Shown here piece by piece: positions 1-9,096 of a DNA stretch of 34,319 nt; the first letter of the stretch is position 1, and the number at the start of each line of letters is the position of its first letter. Origin of the DNA: an uncultured Nitrososphaeria archaeon (GTDB lineage: Archaea > Thermoproteota > Nitrososphaeria_A > Caldarchaeales > Wolframiiraptoraceae). Location of the stretch: NCBI GenBank assembly GCA_964465105.1, contig CAYXHS010000001.1, forward strand, positions 4,850 through 39,168. Reading direction: 5' to 3'. Made by a program: the position numbers and the translations under genes. Below the pieces are notes generated by a model that worked only from the letters and a program-made list of their open reading frames with translations, was not told the origin of the DNA and did no database searches.

Positions 1-440
1 CTTTCGAGGAGGAGGTGGAAGACGCCTTGGAGGAGGGAGTCGAGCTGAGCTATCTGACCCAGCCGATCGAATTCGCAGGCGAGAACGGCAGGTTAAAGCG
101 AATAAAATGCATCAGGATGAAGCTTGGCGAGATCGGCCCCGATGGGAGGAGGATTCCAGTACCAATAAGAGGATCCGAGTTCTGGGTCGAAGCAGATCAC
201 GTGATTTACGCGACTGGTGAGCAGCCTCTAGTTGACTGGGTCAGAAAGGAGCTCGAAGTGGAACTAACGGACCGCGGGACGATTAGGGTTGACGAGAGGT
301 TGGCGACCGAGGTTGATGGGATTTTCGCGGGAGGTGACGTGGTTAGAGGAGCCTCGGACTACGCCTTCGCAACGGCGGATGGGATAAAGGCCGCCAGAGA
401 GATAGATAGGTTTCTCAGGAAGAGGTCTCTCAGCAGATGA
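1..440 (+). CDS. 3' end of a GltD/SudA-type FAD/NAD(P)-dependent oxidoreductase (glutamate synthase small-chain-like); 5' end outside window
   Basis: The frame is open from base 3 (FEEE precedes the listed GTG). C-terminal motifs IYATGEQP, GIFAGGDVVRG and ADGIKAAREIDRFL are typical of the second FAD-binding region of GltD/SudA/NfnB-like proteins. Confidence 0.75.
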   Translation, partial: FEEEVEDALEEGVELSYLTQPIEFAGENGRLKRIKCIRMKLGEIGPDGRRIPVPIRGSEFWVEADHVIYATGEQPLVDWVRKELEVELTDRGTIRVDERLATEVDGIFAGGDVVRGASDYAFATADGIKAAREIDRFLRKRSLSR

Positions 441-470
441 AGAGGTGGTTTGGAGGTTTCTGGAGGTTCT

Positions 471-1175
471 CTAGCGATACTCCATGACCACCATAACGTG
501 ATCTCTTTCATAGGGCTCGAGTGATAGCACCTCTATGGGCTTCAACCCGTTTCTCTCGAGTATTTCTACTTCCCTCTTGTAGATCACCTCAGGTTCTTGG
601 ACGCTGTCTATGCTTCTGGCCTTGACCGCTAGGAAGCCGTGGCCCCCTCTTTTCAGCATGAGCCTCGCGTTGTCGGCGAAAAGCTTCGCCTGCTCGGGCT
701 GAGCGACATCGCAGTAAATCACGTCAACCATGCCCACTATGGATGCGTATGCTCCAGGCTTTCTTGCATCAGCGAAGATGGGGATTATGTTCGGCCGCTT
801 ATCCGAGACGTTCTGCTTGAACTGTATCATCACCCTCGCAGCGAACTCAACGCCATACAAGACCCCACTCTCTCCTATTATGTCTGAGACATGGCTTGAA
901 GTGGTTCCAGTCGCGGTTCCCAGATACAGGATCTTCGAGCCTGGCTCGATGAAGAGATTTTTTAGTCCCTTCAAGATCGCTGCAGCGAGCTTACTCCGAT
1001 AAGGTATCCAGCTTCGATACTCCTCTCCCTTGATTCGGTAAAGCTTCTCGCCGTAAACCTGAGATCCTGGTACCAGGTTCCTCGTCGCTAGAACCTTCTC
1101 ACCCTCATCCCTTATCCAGTAGACTCCTTCAAACCTCTCATGAGGCGCTAATTCGACCATCTCCTCAGCCAACAC
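471..1175 (-). CDS. flpA: fibrillarin-like rRNA/tRNA 2'-O-methyltransferase
   Basis: The 234-aa ORF is colinear with archaeal fibrillarin as I recall it. Motifs: YRSWIPYRSKLAAAILKGL, ILYLGTATGTTSSHVSDI (SAM motif), IPIFADARKP, DVIYCDVAQPEQA, KARSID, EPYERDHVMVV. GTG start at 1175; alternative ATG at 1160. Confidence 0.95.
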   Translation of the reverse strand: MLAEEMVELAPHERFEGVYWIRDEGEKVLATRNLVPGSQVYGEKLYRIKGEEYRSWIPYRSKLAAAILKGLKNLFIEPGSKILYLGTATGTTSSHVSDIIGESGVLYGVEFAARVMIQFKQNVSDKRPNIIPIFADARKPGAYASIVGMVDVIYCDVAQPEQAKLFADNARLMLKRGGHGFLAVKARSIDSVQEPEVIYKREVEILERNGLKPIEVLSLEPYERDHVMVVMEYR

Positions 1176-1196
1176 CTACAAGGCTACGCGCCTTAA

Positions 1197-1871
1197 TTAT
1201 CTTTCCCGCTTCTCGAGAGCTTCTCGGATTATCTCAGCTCCAGAGCTCGTTCCAAGCCTATCGGCCCCAGCCTCAAGAAAGCTGATAGCCTGCTTCAAGG
1301 TCCTTATGCCTCCCGCAGCCTTCACCTTAACGCGTGGAGAGAGCGTTTTTCTTAGAAGCCTCACGTCCTCGAGCTTGGCTCCAGAAGGCCCGAAGCCCGT
1401 TGAGGTTTTAACGAAGTCTGCTCCAGCTTTCTCCACGATCTTCGCAGCCTGAATCTTTTCCTCGTCCGAGAGATAGCAGCATTCAAGAATCACCTTTAAG
1501 ATCCTTTCCCCGACGACGCTCTTGACCTGCCTTATCTCCTCCTCGACGTAATCATATTTCCCAGACTTGAACATGGCTAAGTTCATGACCATATCTATCT
1601 CCGACGCACCCTCCCTGATCGCCAGCTCCGCCTCCCTTACCTTCACCTCCATCAGGTTTGATCCTAGAGGAAACCCGACGACCGTGCAAACCTTCACCCC
1701 TGAGCCCTCTAAGAGCCTAGAGGCGAGCGAAACGTAAACAGGAGTTACGCATAAGGCGGCGAACCTAAATCTTCTGGCCTCCTCGCAAACTCTCCTAATG
1801 TCGCTCTCAGATGCATGCGGCTTCAGAAGCGTGTGGTCTATCCTCCTCGCGAGGCTCTTCCAGTCTATCAC
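1197..1871 (-). CDS. deoC: deoxyribose-phosphate aldolase
   Basis: 224-aa ORF with IDHTLLKP, the Schiff-base lysine context FVKTSTGF and KAAGGIRT, typical of class I DeoC aldolases. GTG start. Confidence 0.85.
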   Translation of the reverse strand: MIDWKSLARRIDHTLLKPHASESDIRRVCEEARRFRFAALCVTPVYVSLASRLLEGSGVKVCTVVGFPLGSNLMEVKVREAELAIREGASEIDMVMNLAMFKSGKYDYVEEEIRQVKSVVGERILKVILECCYLSDEEKIQAAKIVEKAGADFVKTSTGFGPSGAKLEDVRLLRKTLSPRVKVKAAGGIRTLKQAISFLEAGADRLGTSSGAEIIREALEKRER

Positions 1872-1919
1872 GTAGTTGAAGTGATTTTAAGAGCTAATTT
1901 CTTTTTCGCGGCATGAGGT

Positions 1920-3740
1920 CTAGAGGACGGTTACGCTCTTCGCCAGGTTTCTAGGCTTATCGGGGTCGTAGCCTCTCTCGAGCGCCAGATAGTATGCTAG
2001 GAACTGGAACGGGATGACGTAGATTATCGGGCTTAAGATCTCGTTCACCTTAGGCAGCCCAAGCCACCAGTCGGAGTTTTCTTTAAGCTCTTCATCACCC
2101 TCGGTTCCGACGCAGTAGATCTCAGCCCCCCTGGCCTTCATCTCCATGATATTTCCTATCACGTGCTTCCTGGTCGAGTCTTGTGGAGCTATGAAGAAGA
2201 CGGGATAGCCTTTCTCGACGACGCTTATCGGCCCATGCTTACTCTCTCCAGCGGGATAGGCTATGCAGGGTATGTAGCTTAGCTCCATCACCTTCAGCCT
2301 AGCCTCGAGGGCGGTCGCGTAGCTGATCCCCCTTCCTAGGAAGAAGATGCTTTGAGCTCCTGCGAGCTTCTGGGCGAGCTTCTTGATAGGATTATCGGAG
2401 ATATCTAGGGTCTTCTTGACGAGCTTGGGAAGGTTCTTCAGCTCATCCCTGAGCTCATCTATCTCATATTGAGCGAGCTTACCTCTCTTTCTAGCTAAAC
2501 GCAAGGCGAGCTGAGCCAAGACAGTCAGCTGAGCGGTGAAAGTCTTCGTCGCCGCAACCCCTATCTCAGGCCCAGAGTTCTGCAGAATATATGCCCTTGA
2601 GATCCTCGTAAGCGTAGATCCGACGACATTCGTTATCCCGAGTATCGTGGCCGCGGTCATCCTAGCATGATCTATCGCCGCGAGAACGTCTGCCGTTTCT
2701 CCAGACTGGCTCACCGCCAGGATCACCGTGTCAACCCCGATGGATCTGCCGTAGTTCTCGATGAACTCTGAGGCTATGATCGGTGTGGTCGCAAGCCTAG
2801 CGACCTTTGAGAACATGTAGGAGGCGGCGACGCATGCGTTGTAAGAGGTTCCAGCTGCTAGCAGGAAAATGTCCTTGCCTCGATCAAGAAACTCCGTGAT
2901 GAGATCAAGATATTTTTCCTGAGCTCTCAAGGCTTCTCCGATCGCGAAAGGCTGCTCATAGATCTCCTTAAGCATGAAGTGCGGGTAGCCGGATCTCTCA
3001 GCCATCTCCACCGTCCAGCTCAGCTCAGTAACCTTCTTCTCCACCTCAACTCCCGACTCAAGCTTATACACCTTAATCTCTGATGGAGTTATGTATCCAG
3101 CCTCTCCATCGCCTACGAAGATCACCTTTCTGGTATGCTCGATGAACGCTGCGACGTCGCTAGCCATGAAGTTCATTCCATCGCCTATTCCTAGGACGAG
3201 AGGAGACTCCTTTCTCGCGAACACTATCTTATCCGGTTCATCGGCGGAGATCACGGCCAGAGCATAGCTTCCTCTAAGCCTTCTCACAGCTGTCATAACT
3301 GCTTCAAGCAGATCCTTCCCCCCTTTCATGTTCTCCTCTATTAGGTGAGCTATGACCTCCGTATCAGTCCTGGAATTGAAGACATGCTTCCTGTCGAGAA
3401 GCTCCTCTTTGAGCTCTAGGAAGTTTTCTATGATCCCGTTATGGACTATCGCGATTCTCTTGTCGCAGTCGAGATGAGGATGCGCATTAGCTTGGCTCGG
3501 AGCTCCATGCGTCGCCCACCTTGTATGAGCTATCCCGATGAATCCTGGTAGGTCGTCGAGGTTCAGCCTCTCATGAATTTCATCTATTTTCCCAGAATCC
3601 TTCTTAACGTGAACGGAATTTCCATCGACGGTTGCTATTCCGGCTGAATCGTAACCTCTGTATTCGAGTCTCTTCAGGCCCAGATGAAGGATAGGAGCAA
3701 CCCTTACCCCCCTAGAGGCGCAACCTATGATTCCGCACAT
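1920..3740 (-). CDS. glmS: glutamine--fructose-6-phosphate aminotransferase (isomerizing)
   Basis: 606 aa. N-terminal MCGIIG nucleophile, HTRWATHG, two SIS domains (GTSYNA, SQSGETADV) and C-terminal LAKSVTVL. GGAGGT Shine-Dalgarno directly upstream of the ATG. Confidence 0.95.
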   Translation of the reverse strand: MCGIIGCASRGVRVAPILHLGLKRLEYRGYDSAGIATVDGNSVHVKKDSGKIDEIHERLNLDDLPGFIGIAHTRWATHGAPSQANAHPHLDCDKRIAIVHNGIIENFLELKEELLDRKHVFNSRTDTEVIAHLIEENMKGGKDLLEAVMTAVRRLRGSYALAVISADEPDKIVFARKESPLVLGIGDGMNFMASDVAAFIEHTRKVIFVGDGEAGYITPSEIKVYKLESGVEVEKKVTELSWTVEMAERSGYPHFMLKEIYEQPFAIGEALRAQEKYLDLITEFLDRGKDIFLLAAGTSYNACVAASYMFSKVARLATTPIIASEFIENYGRSIGVDTVILAVSQSGETADVLAAIDHARMTAATILGITNVVGSTLTRISRAYILQNSGPEIGVAATKTFTAQLTVLAQLALRLARKRGKLAQYEIDELRDELKNLPKLVKKTLDISDNPIKKLAQKLAGAQSIFFLGRGISYATALEARLKVMELSYIPCIAYPAGESKHGPISVVEKGYPVFFIAPQDSTRKHVIGNIMEMKARGAEIYCVGTEGDEELKENSDWWLGLPKVNEILSPIIYVIPFQFLAYYLALERGYDPDKPRNLAKSVTVL

Positions 3741-3824
3741 TTACCTCCAGCTTTCTAGGAACTCTCGCCCTTAAGGATTTAACTGTTCTAGAGCACTCTC
3801 AGATCGAGGTTCTAGAAGATAGAA

Positions 3825-6131
3825 CTAGCTTTCCTCAAGCCTTCCAGCGACATAGACCTGGCCAACGGCGGTGCCTCCATCTCCAGGCGGAATCAGCCTG
3901 TTCACGTAAACCTTGAGCTCAGATGATTCTTCTATTGCTTTCAAGATCACATGATTGACTGCTGCTCCTCCAGACACGTAGACCGCCTTAACTCCGACTT
4001 CTACCGCTTTCTCAGCCGCGATTCTTCCTAAGCACGCGCCCAAAAGATATTGAGCAGTATACGCTAAATCCTTCCTAGAGTTTTCCATGTTTTCCAAGAG
4101 TTGTTTCATCAGCTCTCCAGTCATGACCACCTCAAAGCCGTCGCGGTTCGCCAGAAACTCGTCAACGGATCTTATCAAGAGGGAGCCATTATAGGACGCG
4201 TTCTCCAGCATTATCGCAGGCTCCCCCTCATAGGTTCTCTCAAGGCATAGGTTTAGGAGCGCTGAAACGCTATCTAGAAACCTCCCCGCGCTCGATGTCA
4301 AAGGACCTGACCTCTTCCTGATCACGTTCATTACCGCCTTCAGCTCCCTCTCGCCATGCCTGAGCCCCTTCAGGAGCCCATGCGTTCGCAGGAAGCGCTC
4401 AACCTCCTCAAGGTTCATGAACTTTGACAGGATTGAGGCCAGCATCCTCACGGGTCTCAGGGTTGCTAAGTCCCCTCCAGGCATGAGAGAATACTCGAGG
4501 AATCCTTCCCGCCTAAACTTCCCTCCATCCCACAGGATCACCTCTCCGCCCCAGATGGCTTTATCCAAACCATAGCCAGCTCCATCAATCATTATCCCGA
4601 CAGCAGGCTCTTCAGGATCATGACCTATCTCGGCCATGACTGATGCGAAGTGCGCGAAGTGATGTTGAACTAGCTTCAGATCGAGCCCGCTTCTCAGAGC
4701 GTATTTCTCGGCCGCGGCTCTCGAGTGATAGGCTGGATGAAGGTCAGCCGCGATTATCGGGTCTCTATCCTTCAAGCCATAGCATCCCGCTAGGAACTCG
4801 AGAACATCCTCATGCTCCCTTAGGGTCCTCGGGTTATCCATATCTCCAGAATAGGGAGCTAAAATTATCTTGTCATCAAATCCTATGGCCCCGTTGGTCT
4901 CTAGGTCTCCTCCGAAAGCTATGACGCATCTTCTCAGCCTATGCTTGAGCTTTATTATCCTAGGAGCGTATCCTCTCCCATATCTGAGAATCACGGGACC
5001 TCCATGCGTCGGCCTGATAACCGAGTCATCAACCCTGTGAATGATCTTCCTGTTGTGAGCCAGAATGTAGTCCACGATCTTCGTTAATTCCTTCAGCCTG
5101 GAGTCGTCGCTGATCATGGGATCTCCGCGAACGTTTCCACTCGTCATGATCAAGAACCTATCCTTAGTCTCCCTCAATAATAGATAGTGGAGGGGAGTGT
5201 ACGCAAGCATGACTCCAAGGCTTCTAAGCGATGGGGCAACGTAATCCGAGACCGGGCTTCCAAGCTTTTTCGGAAGCACGATTATCGGCTTTATGAACCC
5301 CGTGAAGACCTCAAGCAAGTCTGAAGGGATCTCAACGATCCTTCTAGCGACCTCAAGGTCTAGGGCCATTAACGCGAAAGGCTTCCTCGGTCTCTTCTTC
5401 CGCTTCCTAAGCTCCAGGACGACTTCATCATCGCTTGCGAGGCAGGCCACATGATATCCGCCTATGCCCTTGACCGCGACTATCTTCCCGTTCTCGATCT
5501 TCTCAGCTGCCTCCGATATCGGATCTTCGACGTCTAGCTTCTTCAAATCCCTGTTGAGTAGGAAGACTTTCGGCCCGCATTCAGGGCAACTTATCCCTTG
5601 AGCATGATATCTCCTTTCGTTCCAGAGATCTTCATACTCTTCAATGCATTTCTCGCATAGGGGGAAATCTCGCATGGCCGTATTCTCCCTATCATAGGGA
5701 GGATTATACATCATGGAGTATCTCGGCCCGCACCAAGCGCAACTATTGAATGGATAGCGATACCATCTCGTCCTATGATCTAGTATCTCCCTGAGGCAGT
5801 GGTCGCACATAGCCAAGTCTTGTGGGATCTCGGAGGCGAGAACCCTTTCTCTACTGCTCTCCAAGATGATGAAGTCTTTGAGGTTAAGGGGCTCAACGTT
5901 CTCCACCTTAAGAATCTCTATCCTAGCAGGTGGAGGGCTCCTCTCGCGCAGCTGCTTCAGAAACTTGGAGATTTCGCCCTCGTTCTCCGCCTCAACTCTT
6001 ATCTCCACCTCTCCTCCTCCAAGATTCCTTACATATCCGCGTACTCCTGAGAGCTTTGCCGCTCTCCTTACAAAAGGCCTGAAGCCAACGCCTTGAACCA
6101 TCCCTACGACATAGATCCTAACAGCTTTCAT
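3825..6131 (-). CDS. hypF: [NiFe]-hydrogenase maturation carbamoyltransferase HypF
   Basis: 768 aa. N-terminal acylphosphatase domain (VQGVGFRPFV). Two CxxC...CxxCGPR zinc fingers (CDHCLREI...CAWCGPRYS; CEKCIEEY...CPECGPK). YrdC-like segment (KGIGGYHVAC) and Kae1-like C-terminal domain. Confidence 0.95.
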   Translation of the reverse strand: MKAVRIYVVGMVQGVGFRPFVRRAAKLSGVRGYVRNLGGGEVEIRVEAENEGEISKFLKQLRERSPPPARIEILKVENVEPLNLKDFIILESSRERVLASEIPQDLAMCDHCLREILDHRTRWYRYPFNSCAWCGPRYSMMYNPPYDRENTAMRDFPLCEKCIEEYEDLWNERRYHAQGISCPECGPKVFLLNRDLKKLDVEDPISEAAEKIENGKIVAVKGIGGYHVACLASDDEVVLELRKRKKRPRKPFALMALDLEVARRIVEIPSDLLEVFTGFIKPIIVLPKKLGSPVSDYVAPSLRSLGVMLAYTPLHYLLLRETKDRFLIMTSGNVRGDPMISDDSRLKELTKIVDYILAHNRKIIHRVDDSVIRPTHGGPVILRYGRGYAPRIIKLKHRLRRCVIAFGGDLETNGAIGFDDKIILAPYSGDMDNPRTLREHEDVLEFLAGCYGLKDRDPIIAADLHPAYHSRAAAEKYALRSGLDLKLVQHHFAHFASVMAEIGHDPEEPAVGIMIDGAGYGLDKAIWGGEVILWDGGKFRREGFLEYSLMPGGDLATLRPVRMLASILSKFMNLEEVERFLRTHGLLKGLRHGERELKAVMNVIRKRSGPLTSSAGRFLDSVSALLNLCLERTYEGEPAIMLENASYNGSLLIRSVDEFLANRDGFEVVMTGELMKQLLENMENSRKDLAYTAQYLLGACLGRIAAEKAVEVGVKAVYVSGGAAVNHVILKAIEESSELKVYVNRLIPPGDGGTAVGQVYVAGRLEES

Positions 6132-6195
6132 GAAGCTGAGCCAGATGAGAATTGGGTCGATGAAATATTAGGTTGTTTGCGGAGGGCAGTAGTCA

Positions 6196-7494
6196 CTATT
6201 CTCTGATGACTTTCAGCCGGATTGCGTGGACCGAGCACGAGATGCATGGATCGTAATTCCTTATCGTGGTCTCAACAATCTGCTGAGCTTTCTCCTGAGG
6301 CTCCTTTAAGATGAGGTCTCCGACCTTCAGGATGTCCTCCTCCATGGCCGCGTAATTTTGGGCCGTCGGCGGAATTATATCGGCGTAAACGATCTTACCC
6401 GCTTCATCTATCCGATAATGGTGATAAAGCATCCCCCTGGGAGCTTCAACTATAGCCGCTGCCTCGCCAGCCTTTACAGGCGCCTCGATGTATGGCTGAG
6501 CGGGCTCAGAGTATTCTTCAACAAGTCTTCCTATCTCGAGTATCGAGTGAAGCGTTTCGGCAGCTCTAGCAATAATGCTTTGATAGGTGTTCTTGAGAGG
6601 CGGCTTACATCCCGCGTCTTTCAGGATGTCCTTGACCTCGGGCGAGATGAGGTCATAGTTTAGGTTGAACCTAGCGATCGGCCCAGTTATGTATGCTCTC
6701 CCGTTCCTGAGCCTGTAATGTAGGGCGTTGGAGTAGATCTTCTGCTCCATCTCGACGTTCTCCTTTAATTCGTCTTCTGGGAACTTCCAGCCTAGATTGT
6801 TCGCAACAGCTCCTTCCAAGATCGGATACTCCTTATCTCCTTTCAGCGACATGACCACCATGTCGTATTCTATCTCGGGTATCGGCAGGTCGAGGACGAA
6901 TTCGAGAAGCTTCTCTCCCTTCCTCTTTATCTCATCGAAGCTTCGGGAAAGCGGTTCAAGCTCTTCCTTCCTGATCTTTCGATGAAGCCCTCCGACCCTG
7001 AATCCTACTGGGTGCACGGGGCGGCCGCCGAGTATCTCTATCGCCATGTTGCCCCAGCTTCTAACGGCCATCGCATCTTTAACGAAGTCTGGATGGTCTC
7101 TCGCCATGTCGAGGGCTGAGGGATATCCTAGGAAGTCTGGGGCGTGGAGAAAGGCGAAATGCAGGACGTGGCTCTCGATCCACTCTCCGTGAAAGGCTAT
7201 CTTCCTGAGCATATTTATCTCGTCTGGAACCTGAATCCCTAGGATCTTCTCCATCGCCCTGCTCGCCGCCATCACGTAGGCCAGCGGACATATGCCGCAG
7301 ATTCTAGCCGTTAGGTCAGGTGCCTCGAGATAGGATCTTCCTCGGAGGAATGCTTCAAAGAACCTAGGAGGTTCGAAGATGTTGACCTCGACGTAGTCGA
7401 TCTTTCCGTCCTTGACCTTAACCCATACGCCTCCCTCTCCCTCGACTCTCGCCAGCTGATGAACTCTTATCTCGAAGCTCTTATTCCCGCTCAT
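6196..7494 (-). CDS. hydA: cytoplasmic group-3b-type [NiFe]-hydrogenase large (alpha) subunit
   Basis: 432 aa. N-terminal Ni-Fe motif RICGICPLAY. C-terminal DPCISCSVH followed by a 9-aa tail (AIRLKVIRE). Strongly resembles the Pyrococcus sulfhydrogenase alpha subunit as recalled (EAPRG..YH, ADIIPPTAQN, IRNYDPCISCSVH). Last gene of a beta-gamma-delta-alpha cluster. Confidence 0.9.
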   Translation of the reverse strand: MSGNKSFEIRVHQLARVEGEGGVWVKVKDGKIDYVEVNIFEPPRFFEAFLRGRSYLEAPDLTARICGICPLAYVMAASRAMEKILGIQVPDEINMLRKIAFHGEWIESHVLHFAFLHAPDFLGYPSALDMARDHPDFVKDAMAVRSWGNMAIEILGGRPVHPVGFRVGGLHRKIRKEELEPLSRSFDEIKRKGEKLLEFVLDLPIPEIEYDMVVMSLKGDKEYPILEGAVANNLGWKFPEDELKENVEMEQKIYSNALHYRLRNGRAYITGPIARFNLNYDLISPEVKDILKDAGCKPPLKNTYQSIIARAAETLHSILEIGRLVEEYSEPAQPYIEAPVKAGEAAAIVEAPRGMLYHHYRIDEAGKIVYADIIPPTAQNYAAMEEDILKVGDLILKEPQEKAQQIVETTIRNYDPCISCSVHAIRLKVIRE

Positions 7495-8266
7495 ATCTCA
7501 TCAGGAACCTCCTTACAGGCTCAGCCCACCCACTAACGCTTCTCAACCTTAAAGCTATTTCATCCTTGGTGAGCCCTAGCTCCTCAAACCTGCTGGCAAG
7601 AGCCTCTGGCTTGGGATCGATCATGGGGCCGAAGCATCCATAGCATCCTCGATTATAGCTTGGGCAGAGAGCTCCGCATCCCTCAGTCATTATCGGGCCC
7701 AGGCATGGAACTCCTTGGGTGACCATCACGCAGACGTTTCCTTTCCGCTTGCACTCCTGGCACAGGCTTTCTCGGCGATGATAAGGTCTTCTTCCAGTTA
7801 GGGTCTGCTTTAAGACGCTTAGGAGCTGAAGCTTGTTCACGGGGCATCCGCTCACCGCATAATCCACCTGGATGTAATCGGATACTGGGCTGGATTTCTC
7901 CAAGCTCTTTATCCACTCGGTCTTGGGATAAACTTGGGCTAAGACCTCGTCGAAGTTTCTCCAGTTTCTTAAAGCCTGTATCCCGCCGTAAGTCGCGCAT
8001 GTTCCGACGGCGACGACGATCCTTGAATCTTCTCTTATCTTCTTGACGAGTTCAGCCTCATGTGGGGTTGAGACGGATCCCTCGATCAAGGCCACGTCGT
8101 ATGGTCCTGGGGAGGTCTTGCTGCTGGCCTCCAAGAAGTATGCTATCTCGACCTTATCTGCTACCGATAGGAGATCTTCCCCGAGGTCGAGGATCTGCTG
8201 CTGGCATCCGCTGCATGAAGAGAGCTTGAAGACCGCCAACCTAACCTTTCCATCTTCCCCGCTCAT
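7481..8266 (-). CDS. hydD: group-3b-type [NiFe]-hydrogenase small (delta) subunit
   Basis: 261 aa. N-terminal FKLSSCSGCQ and GTCATYGGI (proximal cluster ligands). C-terminal Cys-rich region for further Fe-S clusters (CQECKRKGNVC, CLGPIMTEGCGALCPSYNRGCYGCFGP). Overlaps both neighbouring genes. Confidence 0.85.
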   Translation of the reverse strand: MSGEDGKVRLAVFKLSSCSGCQQQILDLGEDLLSVADKVEIAYFLEASSKTSPGPYDVALIEGSVSTPHEAELVKKIREDSRIVVAVGTCATYGGIQALRNWRNFDEVLAQVYPKTEWIKSLEKSSPVSDYIQVDYAVSGCPVNKLQLLSVLKQTLTGRRPYHRRESLCQECKRKGNVCVMVTQGVPCLGPIMTEGCGALCPSYNRGCYGCFGPMIDPKPEALASRFEELGLTKDEIALRLRSVSGWAEPVRRFLMRYERE

Positions 8267-9096
8267 ATCTCATCCACCCAGAAGTATTTCTTAATGAGCC
8301 AGTAAGGGAATACGGGTCCATGCTTGCAGACGAAGTAGGGGCCGAGCTGGCAGTGGCCGCATAATCCCACTCCACACTTCATCCTCCTCTCGAGGGAGAG
8401 GTAGATCTGATTGTCCTTGAATCCTATCTCGCTGAGGGCCTTGATCGTGAACCTCATCATGATCTCAGGGCCGCAGATCAGGGCTATCGTCTTCTCGACA
8501 TCTATCCTAGCCTTGGGGATGAGCTGAGTAACTACTCCCACGTTGCCCTTCCAGGTTTCATCCGCGTGGTCGACCGTCAGAAGGAACTCCGAGTTCGGTA
8601 TAGCCCTATAGCGGTCATATTCATACCTGTATAGGAGCAGGCTGGGAGTTCTCGCCCCATACAGGAGCGTGAGCTTACCATACTTCTCCCTATTCTTCTC
8701 TAGCTCCCTTATCACCCCTCGAAGCGGAGCTAATCCTATTCCACCAGCGACTATCAGGACATCTTTTCCCTCGAGCCTATCTAGAGGCCATCCCTTGCCA
8801 TATGGGCCTCTTATCCCGATCCTATCTCCCTCTTTCAGCTTGAATAGGTAGTCTGTGAGAACTCCGACGGACCTAACCGTTTGAGCTATCCTACCATCGC
8901 CCAAGCACTCGCAGATCGAGACTGGAGCCTCCCCAACCCCTGGAATGTATATCTCGGTGAACTGGCCTGGCTTAGGAGCTTCCGCCAGCCTTCCCTCAAC
9001 CTCGAAGACGAAGGTCTTCGTGTCAGGGGTCTCTGGGGTGATCTCGACTATCTTGGCTGGGATGGGGGCTAGGGGCGTCTTAACTATCTCTTGCAT
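8263..9096 (-). CDS. hydG: hydrogenase gamma subunit, PyrK-like FAD/NAD(P)-binding oxidoreductase with C-terminal [2Fe-2S]
   Basis: 277 aa. Ferredoxin-reductase-type fold motifs (GQFTEIYIPG, LIVAGGIGLAPL). C-terminal CGVGLCGHCQLGPYFVCKHGPVF cluster motif. ATGA overlap with the delta gene. Confidence 0.85.
   Translation of the reverse strand: MQEIVKTPLAPIPAKIVEITPETPDTKTFVFEVEGRLAEAPKPGQFTEIYIPGVGEAPVSICECLGDGRIAQTVRSVGVLTDYLFKLKEGDRIGIRGPYGKGWPLDRLEGKDVLIVAGGIGLAPLRGVIRELEKNREKYGKLTLLYGARTPSLLLYRYEYDRYRAIPNSEFLLTVDHADETWKGNVGVVTQLIPKARIDVEKTIALICGPEIMMRFTIKALSEIGFKDNQIYLSLERRMKCGVGLCGHCQLGPYFVCKHGPVFPYWLIKKYFWVDEI

Noticed and set aside
471-1871. Fibrillarin gene not preceded by nop5 (nop56/58); deoC lies upstream instead.
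   Set aside because: This is a gene-order variation only. Nothing in the sequence suggests altered function, and nop5 may simply be elsewhere.
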